Shown: in pieces, positions 24,269-37,861 of the stretch
How positions within the stretch are numbered: position 1 is the first letter of the stretch
Layout of the letters: every line of letters starts with the position of its first letter
Source: Blepharisma stoltei ATCC 30299
Taxonomy: Eukaryota; Protista; Ciliophora
DNA length: 64,000 nt
Assembly (NCBI GenBank): GCA_965603825.1
Contig: CBFDEM010000013.1
Coordinates: 124,001-188,000, forward strand
Reading direction: 5' to 3'
Translations under genes and position numbers: made by a program
The notes under the pieces: generated by a model
What the model was told of the DNA's origin: nothing
The model's database searches: none
Seen by the model: only the letters and a program-made list of their open reading frames with translations

Positions 24269-24412
24269 TTTAGAAATTCAATTTATGTGTATTTAAAAAT
24301 ATATGAATAGTAAATATTATCTATATAATATAAATATTAATATTTAAAAGAAAAACGTTTTACTTAAATAATTTAAATAGACTGATTTAAATGGATAATA
24401 AATTAAGCTTCC

Positions 24413-27400
24413 TTATCCAATAGGCTCAATCTTCTTACTCAATCGAGCATTTGCAGCAGTGACTTCTCCTTCAGTCGCAAACATATTGAATATCTGCTCA
24501 AGCGTAGTTTGGCTTAGCGAATACTCACTCACGCTCATTTCTGCTTTATGATGCTCTATCTTCCCAAATATCTCTCCAATGCTAATACCTTCTTGTTTTT
24601 CTAGTCTAAACTTGAAGTACGTCCCATAGTGTTCTGCTAGGCTAATATTATTAAAGTGTGACACAAGCCAACGGTAAATTTTCTGCCCATACCCTTCGAT
24701 GATGCACCACTCAATCAGAGAACTTACCTGAACACTATGAAGATCATTAAGCTCATCTCTTATATGTGACCCTGACCCTTGCTTTGAAATTTCTGACATC
24801 AGTTCAGGACACTCCAAAATTTCTAATGCATATTGCAAATCAGCTTCTTTGACAGCGTCCACATTTAGCCTTGACTTCAGCTTATTTACCCATTGAGAAG
24901 TCTCTTCAGAGCTCGGATAGGTGACTTTTGTGAATAGCTCATATCCACTGCTGAATTTATTCTTAATGTGAGTCGCTGTGCCATAGCATCTCAGTCTGCC
25001 TCCGACCATAATGGCAATATTATTGCATAAAGCTTCTGCTTCGTCCATAGAGTGAGTCGTCAAAATGATGCTGACTTTTTTCTTTTTGATGGCATTTATC
25101 ACTCTCCACATGTTTTTTCTTGCTTCTGGGTCCATTCCTGCACTAGGCTCGTCAAGAAATACAACTGGTGGGTTTCCAATGCATGCGATGGCCACTGAGA
25201 GTTTTCGCTTATTTCCTCCACTCAATGCCCCAGCCCTTACCTTGGCGTATTTTTCAAGTCCCATATCTTTAAGCTGCCTATCGACAAAGTGCTGGACTAG
25301 AGGTTTAGGGATTCCTTTAATTCTGGCATAAAGTCTGAGGTGCTCTGTTGGGGTTAATAACTCACTGAGGGCGTCAAACTGTGGACAGTAGCCAATGTTG
25401 TATCTGGCTTCTGAAAGGTTTTCGACCACATCATAGCCATTGATGTGGGCAGATCCTTTTGTGGGGCCATACTCGCCTGTGAGGATTCTAAACGTGCTTG
25501 TCTTCCCTGCACCATTTACCCCTAGTAATGCAAAAGCTTCTTGGAAGGGCACGGCGAAGGAAATTTCTTGGATAGCAATTTTTACTTGTTCTTTATTAAA
25601 GAGACTTCCATAGATTTTTCTGATCCCGCAGACTCTGACAGCGACATTTTTAGGGTCTGTGCTGAGGACTTCAGCTTTTACCCTTTCTACGTCGTCATCT
25701 GGCCTATACAAGTTTTCACCAGGGTCATGGGCCGCTCCCATATTTCTGAACCATTGTACTGTGCTGATCCATTCAATAAGGAAAATTGCAATCAGTCCAC
25801 CTATTGTATGGAAAACTAGAAAGGCTACATCAGCTCCAGCAATATCCCAATTTAAAGGTGCCTTTAGGTGGCTTTCTCCATATGCAGATTCATATATATT
25901 TCTATTCGCAACATTCATAATCCCAAACCCAAAGCAAAAAATCGGTGAGCTGATTCTTCCTATATATTGTAAAACGTCTGCCACATGTCTGGTGTCGTCT
26001 GAAATAATCCTCAGTGTTCATACCACAGTAGCTAGAATTGCCCCAGTAATTAAGTTATAGATAAAAATGAAGAACTGAGCTATTGAGTAGCTCTTGAATA
26101 GAAAACTGGATGCATAGGTAAATGGACAGATAGCGCATCCATAAAGAATGAATAAAATTCAGACTGATATGAAAACGCTGCTGTCTGAAGTCAAGCTTTG
26201 GAGGTCAAAAGCAGAGATAAGAAGGACTGATACAACTCCTGGGATCATATATTTGGAGAGATCCCAGGCATAAGAAGACAGCCAATATGCAGGGATTGAG
26301 ACACCACTGACCAGATGTTGATGCTTGACGTTATTTTCTCTTTCTTTGACTATAAAAGTAACGAGCCCAGTAGGAATAAATGCCATACCAATTGAAAAAA
26401 TCATAGAGACATAAAATGTTCCGGTGTTTTGACCAATCCCAAGCTGTTTGTGAGTCAATGGAAGAGGGTCATTATAAAGGTTGATTTTAGGAAAAGTCCC
26501 ATAAGCATGCTGTAGGATGCTGTTTCCAATCAAATTCAAATAGGTAGGAGTAGACTGAAGTGAAGTCGTGTTTTGGAATACAACGACTGAGTATTGATTA
26601 TTGGCAGTCTCATAAAAGTAAAAAGAACCCATTCTATACGGGTGATGGTTCCTCATATCATAAGTTGTCTGGTCAAAGTCATCTAGCGTTGCCGCAGATA
26701 CATTAGTGCTAGTCATAAGCTTCTTTTGAGTAGTCTGCATGTTTTTCATGATATTTTCTACCACAGCATTATTTGTAGGGTTGTTATACAAAATATTCTG
26801 TGGGTCGCTATACAAGTTCAAGCTTTCTTTCATTGATTTTTGGTCAGTGAACACATTGAATTTCGTCAACAAAGCAAGCCCAAACAGCACCAGCAGGATA
26901 GGCAGCACAATTTCCAGCACAAATCCTTTATAGTCTCTCCACGAGTATATTATCCTTTTTTGTGTTAGCGCCCAGAAATGAGACGCAAAAAGAACCCCTC
27001 TTTCTCTATCAGTAGCAATATTGAAATTTTTCCCTTTTGGGTCTTCTACTTCTAGCTGTTCACCTGTAAAAGGAGCATCATTAGAATTGAAGCTCTCAGT
27101 AAATCTACTGACTTCGGCGTCATCTAAGGTAATGCTTTTTCGGTTGACTGTATTTTTGTCATCGTCACCTCTGGCGACTCTTAAGAAGACTTCTTCAAGA
27201 GTTGTCACTGACATTCCGTAAGCTTCAATTTTGAGGTCGTCTTTTCGTTTGTCGAGCTCTTTGAAGAAGTGGCTAAAAATGGGAGAAGCTGATAGAGGGA
27301 TTTGGAAAGTACATTCGGCTGAGACGTCGGAAAGCACTTCTGCTTCTGGGATTATTTTTTGGACTAGGTCTTTTATTTTGTGGGATGTTTCTTTATCTGT

Positions 27401-29764
27401 GGCGCCAATGTTTTTAACTATAGTTAAATTATACCCCACTCCAAACCTATTCTTAAGGAACAAAGGACTTCCAAGACAGTTCACTTTCCCATCAGCCATA
27501 ATTGCAATTCTATCTGCCAAAATATCTGCTTCTTCCATATAATGTGTCGTCAAAATAATAATCCTTCCTCTCTTATCATTCCTCAGCATATCCCACATTC
27601 TTCTTCTGGCCGTCAAGTCCATCCCAGACGTCGGCTCGTCCAACATAACTATACTAGACCCTCCAATCAGGGCGATCGCCAACGACAATTTCCTCTTTTG
27701 GCCTCCTGACAAGTTTCCAGCCCTTGTATTTCTCTTATCCTCTAAGTCGACTTCTTTAAGCTTTTCATCAATAGCCTGCTTGATTTCTTCTTTATTAGAC
27801 ACTCCTTTAAATCTACAGAACATATATAAATGCTCATAAACTGTAAGATTTTTGAAAAGGATATCATGCTGAGGACATACTCCAAGGTTCTTTCTGATTG
27901 CTGGCATTTCAGTTCTGAAATCATGGCCATCTACAGTCATGCTGCCTGATGTAGGCTCCAGAAGCCCACTCAGCATTGATAAAGTGGTAGTTTTTCCTGC
28001 ACCGTTATGTCCTAATAAGGCGAAGATTTGGCCTCTGAACATGTCGAGGTCTATCCCATCCACTGCGATTTTATTGCCAAAATGTTTTCTCAGTCCTCTT
28101 ACCACCATAGCTTGGTTTGCTTCAATCTGTTTTAGCAGCCCAGGGTCTGGTTCTTCAAAATTCTTATTTGCTTTATTTTCTCTTCTTCTTTTATCCTCAT
28201 CTTCCTTCATCATTTCAATAGCAGCCTCGTCTAATTCTGAATCATTTGTATTTTTTCCTGTCCAAAATGATTTTGTGAAAGGAAAATACCATTTCAGAGC
28301 TACTCCATATTGTGAAGGGACGACTTTATCGAAATATAAAGCTAAAAGTGTATAGAGGACAGTGTCGATTGTTAGCATGATTATAGAAATTTGGACTGAA
28401 TAATTTTGGTACTCATTGCCAGAAGTGCTGAAATTGACTTCGACTTGGTTTCCTTGTAAAGAAAGAAGAGTAAAAAAGCCTTGGCTCATGGCGACTGTGT
28501 TAAAAATTGATAAACCGACCTTGGTTCCTGCAGGAGTTGTCTGGGTAACTGCAAATAAGGTGAAATAAGTGACAAAAAACACAAGAACGCCGACTAAAAT
28601 TGCAGTTTTCGCCTTAGAAAAGAAAGAGCTCATCAAGCAGCTGAATGCGATGCATGACATGCCATACATGAAGAACAGCAAAAATACCAAGAATTTGTTG
28701 GAGTAGTTAAAAAGTTCCCAGCCGACTAATGTGCAGAGCACTGAAATAAGGCCATAAATACAAATGTACATGAGAAACCAAGACACCCAATAAGGCGTAT
28801 CAGTCAGTCCCATCATTTTCATAGCCTCCTTCACCTTAGTTTCTTTTTCTGTTGTGATTTTGTTGATCAGCCTTGAAACTGGTACAAGCGACGTAATGAA
28901 CATAAAAAAGCCAAGCGTCCCTGCAAAATTTAGCATAAAATTGTCTTGGATGTACTTCATCCCATGGAACGGGACCATGGCAGTCTGCAGAAATGCAGTA
29001 TCTCCTAATTTGTCTGTTAAAAAGTAATTGTAAACTATGTTCTGAATGTGAAGAAACCCAGATTTGACGAAATTGTGCTGGTAGGTCTTGATAACACTCT
29101 TCTGATACTTGTCAACGGCTGGATAAATACTTGTCAAGAAAATATCATACCATGTGCCATATACGGTTTGGTCGTTCGGATTTGTGTCTGTTGCGTTATA
29201 TCTGATCTTTAAAGTGACGTCTGCAGGAGTTCTATCTGCGAGCTGATCGTACTTTATGTTGACAGAAAAACAAATTTTTTGATGATGTTTGTCGTCGTAG
29301 TCAGAATCAGTTATATAATCTTCAAGGTTTTTGTTGGCTTTAAACATGCGTGGCTCTGGAGCTGTGATATTATAGCTGACAAAGTATTTGCTTATTTCAC
29401 TTGCTAAGCTTCCTACTAAATTCTTTTGGTCTGCTTCAGTAGCATTTCCAGTTATAACATAAGCCCAAGTCCAATTGTAAGGAATAACTAAAGCGCACCA
29501 ATTAAAAGGATAGACAGAGTTTTCTGAGAAATCTGAAACATTATAGAGCGACATATTTGCTGTTCTGAGAGGTGCAATGATTTGGCCGTCATCCAAATGT
29601 GATTCTGCCTTCTTGTGAGAAGCTGGCAAGGCGAATCTTAACAAAAGCATAAAGGTGATAAGGATCACTGGGAAGAGAATTTCACAAGCAGAACCAACAG
29701 CTTCTCTTTTTCATACAAGCCAGTTCTTTAGAGACAAAGCTCTTAAATGACTGCGCAAAGTCAT
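24413..29764 (-). CDS. ABCA-family full transporter (1783 aa)
   Basis: ATG 29764, one frame through three TGA; two NBDs (LLGHNGAGKTT/LSGGQKRKL; LLGVNGAGKTS/LSGGNKRKL), TTLEEVF and TTLEQIF motifs. Confidence 0.95.
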
Positions 29765-30399
29765 ATTTATTCAACAATATATTAATTCATAGTTTCACCA
29801 CTATATAATAGCTTTAAGGTGCCAAAATTATAAAAATTGAGGTAGAGTTGTCAAAATCCAAGAATTTTCATTAAAAAGTCAGGAAATTTTATACTAAATT
29901 TATGGGAGAGCTATGTGGAAAGAGCTTACCAGTTATAAATTCGATAGATTAGCATTTGCTTGCTATTATAATTTATATAGGGAAGGGAGAAGGCTTTAAG
30001 GGTAAAGCTGAGAAAAAGATTCTCGTTTAGGCTATTGCTTAGTAAAATATAAAAACTTTATGACATCATAATTCATAAAAAGGTATCTTTATTTAATAGT
30101 GGCTTAATTTTTCAACATTTAAATTTCTATTTCTATGGTATTTCTTGAAATAATTTTTAAATAAAAAAGCAGATATCGAAGAATTTCTATGTAAAGAATT
30201 TATTAATCACATATATACTGATTCTTCACTCAAAGTTCTTCAGTTTTTTTATACCTTTAATATGAGCAATAAATAAATAATGATCACTTTCCATTATTCA
30301 TCCTGAAGGTCTCACAATTTATTTTGATTATTTCCATTTATCTCCTGCACTGACTTTGATTATGTTATTACCAATAGATATAAAAATAAAATCTTAAAA

Positions 30400-30675
30400 A
30401 TGGGCTCATGCACTTCTATATCATATTCTAGAAACCTCAAAAGAAAATTGCCTCGCTCCACAGAGTCAGACATCGACATTGACCAAAACGGATCCTCTGA
30501 CCAAAACGGATCTCCTGACAACCATTCTAAAGAGAACGTCGTTGCCATTGAACAATTTATCCAGATACTTATGAAGGAGCAACTAATCCGAAGGAAGATT
30601 AATGAAGCTCCTCCATTGCTTATATCAAAGAGCGACCTGTATAGTAGAAGACTAAACCAAATGCAGCATGCTTAG
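30400..30675 (+). CDS. Small hypothetical protein with possible N-myristoylation start (MGSCTS)
   Basis: 91-codon ORF with raised GC after A-rich leader; 18-bp internal duplication encoding DQNGSS/DQNGSP. Confidence 0.6.
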   Translation: MGSCTSISYSRNLKRKLPRSTESDIDIDQNGSSDQNGSPDNHSKENVVAIEQFIQILMKEQLIRRKINEAPPLLISKSDLYSRRLNQMQHA

Positions 30676-31916
30676 CTGTAAAAAAAACTGTGTTATTAAT
30701 GTTTTAAATTAATTCAAGTATTTTTTTGATTAAAAGCTTGAAAGCAATATAATTATAATAGATCTCAAGCTTAGACTCTCTAAGAATATTTAAATATTTC
30801 TTCTAAAAATAATTCTCTTTTTCTTGCAGGAAACAATGAAGATCAGAATGTTGAAAATTTTTGAATTTTCAATGAAAGAGAATATTGACAGAACTATTGA
30901 GACTTTGGATTCGATTGAGCTTAAGATCTTTTGATTTTCAACTTAAAAACAATTTAAGCATTAATAGACTTAATGTAAAACTTGTCCAAAATTTTTCTAA
31001 AAATTGTAGTTTTTTAGATACTCTACATCAAAATCCATCCACCAGGATTATGCAAGCCACTCTTCAAAGTATTTATAAATTTGGATATATTATGAGAAAC
31101 TCTAGATCAGTTGTTAGTTTGCATGATTTAAAGCTGTTACAAATTTCGAACAATAAAAAAGAGTTTGAGATCAACAAAAGTAAAATTTATAAAATTTAAG
31201 ACAAAAAATTTGAAACCAATATTTTAAAAATGATATAAGAGTTAGGCTTAAATTATACTTTGGGTCTGTACTTAAAATAGCATTAACTTTTGCGAAATTA
31301 TAAAAAGTCTTTCTGAGTATTAGTAGTAATTGATGAGACGGAATATTATTAGTAATCAACTAGAGAAAGTTTATTAGACTTTTGAACTCAAATTCTTAAT
31401 TATATACTCAAGAGTAGGTATGGCTTAGGATTGAGCGTCCTTTCTTTCATTATGAGTTTCAAATATCAATAATATTTTTTTAGTTTGTTTTTGAGTAAAT
31501 AAAATCTGCAACTACTAGGAGGATGAGCTATAATAAAGGATGAAAAGCCGACCATCACTACACTTGCGGCATAAACTTAAAAGAAATTCTAGAATTCTTC
31601 AAGAAATTGTCTAAATTTCATATATGGGCGAAAATCATTGAATAATCATAATTTATTTTCTTTAACAAATAAATATTTCTAATACTTTATATATTTATTT
31701 CTTAAAAGCTACTAATTTAGAGATATCAGAACGACTTAGCATAGTCCTCATGAACTTAAATATTTATGTACAAATCATTATTTTAAGTCTCATCAAAAAG
31801 ACATCCCACATATATTCGCTTTCTTTTCTAGCATCTATACAATAGACATTTATCTGTATTTATTAAGAAATCCCAACAGCGCCAATAAGAAAATTTATTC
31901 AAATCTTTACACATAA

Positions 31917-32900
31917 ATGGAAGCAAACCCTAACTCAGAGGAGGCCAGAAAGCGCTTTGAAGAGCGATACGAGCAGAATGGTAATTAATATCCAGTAAAG
32001 GATTTACAAAAATCCAAAGAAGATTTCCAGAAAAAGAGGTCTGAAGAAATGAACCCAGATGAGTGCGTGGCCAATTTCGATCTAAGATTTGCTGAAAAAA
32101 TCCGCGGAATCAGAGAAAAGCTGCAATCTTTGACAAGAGAAGACCCAGTAAACGAAAGAATCGAAGAGCTCCGGAGAGAACTTTTGACTTGTTCTGAGCT
32201 ACTGAACCAATCCGTCCATTTTTTAAATTCTTACACAATCATGCAAGGGCAATTCCTCATTACTCAGGTGCAGGACGAAATTTCTAGCACCCAGCAGAAC
32301 CTTGCCCCAAGGAAGAAATTTGCCTTTTCCAAGCGTGCAGCTAAAAAAGAAAACACAAATAGCAATTTGGAGATTAAACAAGAGGAGAAATCTCAACTGG
32401 TGCTTGAAGGGATCAGGGACCAAGCTGGAGGAATCTTTTATAAAACTCCACAAGATATGCAAGGAGTCAGTAGTTATCAATTGCAGAACTTAGAGAACTG
32501 TGAAATTGTCATATCAGCTACTTTAAATGCAATTCATATGGTCGGGCTAAAAAACTGCCATGTGTTTGTAGGAGCTGTTTCTGGGGCTGCCCATATAACA
32601 GACTGCACAGACTGTGTCATTAATGTAGCTTGCCATCAATTGAGGATTCATCAGACTCATAGGTGCCAATTTTACGTATTTGTGGCGACTGGGCCTATAG
32701 TGGAAAATGTAAGTGGGCTAGGATTTGGGCCGTATAGGTTTAGGTATCCAAATATGGAAGAACATTTTGAGAGCTGTGGGTTTAAGGGGGAAAGCCAGTA
32801 TGATCAAGTCCAAGACTTTAAATGGCTGAGAAAAGAGCATTCTCCGAACTGGAATGTCATCACAGAAGAGTTTTACGTGCCAGTAAAAGAAGTATCTTAG
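31917..32900 (+). CDS. TBCC: Tubulin-specific chaperone C (322 aa)
   Basis: LAPRKKFAF, ACHQLRIH, VQDFKWLRKEHSPNW; 15-nt intron 31981-31995. Confidence 0.92.
31981..31995 (+). other. 15-nt intron
   Basis: GTAATTAATATCCAG; contains an in-frame TAA. Confidence 0.85.
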
Positions 32901-33212
32901 CTAAATGTTAAGAATAAGCTTTACAAGCCATGATAGTGTTAAGAACTTTTGCTTTGAGAATTTTGGCATCTTATAATTTTATATAGCAATTTTATTGAGT
33001 TAAAAATTCAGAAAGATTTTCTTTGTCTTTTTTGCCAGTTTAATGCATTATGCAGAATTAGATTCATGCTATATCAAATGCTTATCATTTTATTAAATTA
33101 ATTTTTGATCTGCTTATCTGATTGTCTATTGAACCATTTCACTAAATAAAATTTGTGATAACAAAATTCGTTTATAATTTATTGTTTAATAAAGTAAAAT
33201 GTTTACTTAGCA

Positions 33213-34142
33213 TTATTCTCCACCAGCACCACCTTCAATGCCGAGATAAGCTTGGATTTTGTTGTAAAAGACAAGCACAAGAGCTCCTCCAGTTCCTCTG
33301 ATAACATTGCTTCCAGCACCTTTGAAGAAAGGCAAGAGCCCACCTTCATTGGCAAATATCTTTATGAAGCAGTCCATAGTTCCTTTGTATTGGATATCCG
33401 CTCCTTTTCTTCCACTCTGCATCATCATACGTCTTCTGACTGTATCTAGTGGGTATGAAGCAATGCCAGAGCTAACTGTGACTGCTTGAGCAAATGCCCA
33501 AACTAAGAAAATATTGGCATTCTTGAAGTCTTTGAACAGAATGTCTTTTCCAGAGTCAAACATTCCGAAGTACAAAGCACGGTAAATAATGATTCCTACC
33601 ACAGAAATTCCGAATCCTCTATACAGACCGATAGGGCCGTCGTGCTTTAAGATCTTGAAAATACAGTCGTTAAGTCCTGAGAATTCTCTGTTAGTCCCTT
33701 TTCCTACATCAGTAGCAAGCCTGGTTCTTGCGAAATCAAGAGGGTAGACAAACAGCAGTGAGGCAGCTCCAGCGAGACCACCAGCTGCCATGTTTCCTCC
33801 GAAGAACAGCCAGAAACTCTTTTTCCTATCATAGTAAAACCATCTTCTGAAGGTGTCTTTGAAGGCGAAATTGAGTGCCTGAGTTGGGAAATATCTGATG
33901 ACGTTGGCAAGATTTCCTCTCCAATAGCTAGCAAATCCTTGCTCTTGGTAGACTCTTTTGAAGCAATCCACGATTCCTTTGTACTGATCTTCAGGCTTGA
34001 TTTGTTTGCTGGAAGCCTGGAGCTGTAAAAGGAGCTTGACTCTTTCAATTGGGGCCACTGCTGTCTTGGAAACTGCTGCTGAGACACCTCCTAGTAAGAA
34101 GTCTTGTAAGAAGTTCGATTGCTTGCCCTTCTTTTCCGCCAT
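33213..34142 (-). CDS. AAC: Mitochondrial ADP/ATP carrier
   Basis: [40 protein letters not shown] signature. Confidence 0.98.
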   Translation of the reverse strand: MAEKKGKQSNFLQDFLLGGVSAAVSKTAVAPIERVKLLLQLQASSKQIKPEDQYKGIVDCFKRVYQEQGFASYWRGNLANVIRYFPTQALNFAFKDTFRRWFYYDRKKSFWLFFGGNMAAGGLAGAASLLFVYPLDFARTRLATDVGKGTNREFSGLNDCIFKILKHDGPIGLYRGFGISVVGIIIYRALYFGMFDSGKDILFKDFKNANIFLVWAFAQAVTVSSGIASYPLDTVRRRMMMQSGRKGADIQYKGTMDCFIKIFANEGGLLPFFKGAGSNVIRGTGGALVLVFYNKIQAYLGIEGGAGGE

Positions 34143-34328
34143 TAATTATATTAATATGGTAATTTAGAGCTTACGTAATAAATGATCAGCGATTTTCAAT
34201 AAAACTTTTTAAATATCAGTAAAAATGCTGGAAATTATTTAAATCTGTCATCAATATATTAATGGAAATTCTAGGCTATTACGTTAATTTTAAATTCAAA
34301 GATTTCATATTTGAAATAGATTCAAATT

Positions 34329-34844
34329 ATGAGCCTTGATTGAAAATCAAAAACTCTCTGTGGATGCATGTGCGGGGTGAGCTTTATTTATTATTCTTAT
34401 GAAATTTTGTCACATTTAGATGATTGGTATAGCTATGAAGAGATTAAAGAAATGACAGAATGCAGCGAAGTTTATGCGGTTGAAGTTTGGATGCTAAGCC
34501 AATGCTTTGTTTGGTGACTGGCAATTTTAACTGTTTTTACTATATATCTTGAGCTTCACGTTTATAAAGGATTTTTGGTGTTTTTGTATTTGATTGGGCC
34601 GGTTTATTTTGTATGCACAACGATAATAGTATGATATTTAGGATCTTTTATTATTTGCTGTGATGAAGAAATGGATGAGTGTGTGAATTTTTATCCTTAT
34701 ACACATTTAGCAAGCATTTTGGTGCTGATGGGGCTGTCGATGCTGCTTTCAATTACTATGAACGCTATTTTACTGACTTCATTTCTAGGACCTTACTGGA
34801 GCCATATCAGAGCGTCTCTTATTCAATACACAAATATCTTTTAA
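34329..34844 (+). CDS. Small multi-pass (about 4 TM) membrane protein, not in ORF track (171 aa)
   Basis: ATG 34329 to TAA 34844 open with three TGA; hydrophobic segments and Cys-containing acidic loops. Confidence 0.75.
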
Positions 34845-34930
34845 TAAATATATTATGTAAATTAATTTCGATGTTCAAAAAGTCTTCTTTGAAATTTTTA
34901 TTTTCCTAAAAAATCAAATATTTAAATAAA

Positions 34931-37861
34931 ATGCACAGATTAGTTGATGCAATGACTTGCAGAGGCGAAAAGGTTTTAATTCACATTGAAGGGCACTTCC
35001 TTTCCTCATTCACCTTAAGCAAAACATCTCTTCAAGAAAAATCAAGACTAAGCTTCGACCAAAGAATCGTATTTTCCTTAATTCTAAGAGGAGATGATAG
35101 AGATTGCTTATTTATACTCGGCCAAAATTCTGAATGAGTTTTACTTACAGACTCTTTTGATAAAGTACTTGAAGGGAAGCTTAACTCTATTCCTATCATT
35201 GAGAGTATTGAAGGCTGTGAATGATATGAAAATTCTAAATATAATCTACTGTTTTCGACTCACCCTAGCACTTTACATCACTTTATTTTCAATCTTAATA
35301 AAAACATCCCAAGAGTTAAAACACAAGTCTATAAAATTTCAAATGACGCTCACTGGACAACTCGTACATCTCAAATTATAAATATAGCTCCTATAAGAGG
35401 AGAACAAAACAGTGATTTTGCTGTATTATTTAGATAGGAAAGAAGACAATTTGCCTTTTTAATTCGTTACTCTGACTGCTCATTTGTTCATTTTGCGTCA
35501 CTTGAACCGACTAACGCTGAACTAATTGTAAGTCCATGAGTAATAAAATTTTTGCCTGCTGACTGTTATAAAGTGATTTCTGTGCACAGTTCTGTCATCA
35601 TTTTTTCAGCAGCAAAAGCTTTTCAATATAAATTAATCAATGAGCAAGTATTTTTCATGCAGGAGTCATCACTAATATGTGAAAATCCACTATCAGCAGT
35701 TATGACTTACAGTGACAACTGCAATCGGATCCTAGTTGCTTCAGGAACAAAACTAGGCTGGCTTCATGTAAAAGAAAACCAATTAAAAATCTCTCTGGCT
35801 GCACAGTTGCCTATAAATGGAACAGTAGAAAAGCTTGTAAACCTAACCCCTCTAGCGCTTTCACAACAAGTATACGCCCTATGCTTTATACCATACTCAA
35901 ATTCTATAGTAATTGGGATAAACCTAAAAAGCCTTACAATCGGACAAATTGTAAATCTTATCTAGTGCTCATGGACAGCAAATTTCAATTGGCCAATCAA
36001 AAGCATCGGATCTATTGCCAACAAAGCTTACTCAATTGTAGGCGAATTTCCTTCTCTTTATTTAAAAATTTGGGAATCTGGGCTATGTCTTAAAAAAGAG
36101 TCAACTTTTTTATCAAATGCATCAAAAATATTCCGCATTGATGAAAACAATTTTATTGCTACGTCTGATATAGGACTCTGGACTATGTGTTTTTCAGTCA
36201 AAGATTTTAATATTTCAGTGAAAAAATTAAAAGGGATTATTGAAAATGATTATACCTTGTATACAGGAAAGCTAAATAATGAAATTCTACAAGTAACCAT
36301 TAAGTAGATAACTCGCCAATCATTGAATCATGTGAATAGAAAATCAACAATATTGAATGATATTGCAAAATTCTGTGTGGTAATTGGAGGGAATGCAGTC
36401 CTTGCATTTTATAATTCTTTGCATTTATATCAAAATCTTGAAGTTGTCCATATTGTTCCTATTAATGAAGAAGTTTTATCGATGACTGATTACAAAGGCT
36501 GCATTTTTGTTTGTGTCAGAAAAAAAGCAAGCGTGCTAAAGTTTTCTGTTTTAAGAGATTCTTTGGTAGAGGCTGAAGAGATTCCATTAGTTATTAAAGG
36601 AAGAAATGCTTTCCCTATTTTTTATCAAGAAAATAGTGATTTCAAAATTTTTATGACTGAAAAATTAATTGTTTTGCAAAAAAATACTGAAAAAATTGTT
36701 TATGAAGTTGATGCTTTTAGATGCAGCGTTATTAAAGATACAGGAAGGATGTATGAAATTTTTGTAGAAGGGCTAAAGAGCGGACATATATTGCAAGTTT
36801 GGCAAAAAGATAAATCTGTAGCTGGGCTAACTCATCAAATAAAGCCTATTCATGGTTCAATTATACGTGATATTTTTTATATATATGATAATCTATGTAT
36901 ATTTGCTGAAATAGCAAATCTGTCAATAGGGCAGTTAGAGGAAAAAATTAATGAGCAGAAGCTTGAACTGTCGTTTCCTTTTAAAGTGGTGTGCGCTGAT
37001 ATCTACAATTTTTATTTAATTGCAAATAATAAACTTGAAATTATTGGGAAAAATCTTACCAAACAGTGAGAAGTATCATTTTCTGAAAGCCAAGAAATCA
37101 TATGCTGCCACATCTATAATAAAAAATTAATATTTTCATCAACTATTTGTGAAACATTTTACATGAATGTGCTGGATTTAATGACTTTTGAGCTTGAAAA
37201 ATCTATTTCATTCCAAAACCAAATAGAAGAAATTAGTAGTTACCAAGACATCCTTATCTTAAAATTCAAAAAATGCATAAAATTTCTTACAAAATTTCAT
37301 GCAAGCGCTGGGATTGATATTTCCTTTGAAAAGCATGATTTTAATGAAATTAAGCTTAAGCTTGATGATGACGAGAGTAATTTATTGCTGGAGCTCGCAA
37401 TAATTAATCAGTTCCAAGACATTATAAAATTTTTATTTATTAACACAGCAGAGTCATGAGAAGAAGAAGCTGAGCAAAAAGAAAAACCTGAATTTTTATG
37501 CTTGACAGCTTCACATGTCCATTGAGGAAGGTATGAATTCTCTTCAGTTAAAATTTTGGATTCAATTGTATGATTTATTTAGAAAACTGAAATAAAAATT
37601 TCGAACTTACTTGTGACATACAAAAAAGAATTCGTTTTATTTGGAGAACAACAATTATGGAAAGGAAGGCTGGAAAGAACAGAATCTCCTGCTGCTCTTT
37701 TAAATAAAGCTCAAATTGATTGAAGAACACATAAAATAAACATCCAGCAATTTTCAAATATTATTGATACTGAAGAAGTAGTACACATCAAATCTATTAA
37801 CAAACTTGCTGCTATTTCTATAAATAGTAGGCTCGAAATAATCGATATTGATGATAAATAA
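34931..37861 (+). CDS. Large beta-propeller-like protein, possibly divergent DDB1/CPSF160/SF3B3 family (956 aa)
   Basis: One frame over 2.9 kb interrupted only by TGA and four TAG-ending 15-nt introns; beta-strand-rich; TLYTGKLNNEILQITRQSL resembles the DDB1-family middle propeller. Confidence 0.7.
35423..35437 (+). other. 15-nt intron
   Basis: GTATTATTTAGATAG, phase 0. Confidence 0.8.
35951..35965 (+). other. 15-nt intron
   Basis: GTAAATCTTATCTAG, phase 0. Confidence 0.85.
36293..36307 (+). other. 15-nt intron
   Basis: GTAACCATTAAGTAG, phase 0. Confidence 0.85.
37568..37582 (+). other. 15-nt intron
   Basis: GTATGATTTATTTAG, phase 0. Confidence 0.8.

Noticed and set aside
30836-31600. Low-complexity ORFs upstream of TBCC
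   Set aside because: Multiple TAA/TAG in the frames examined, no rescuing introns, no recognisable domain.
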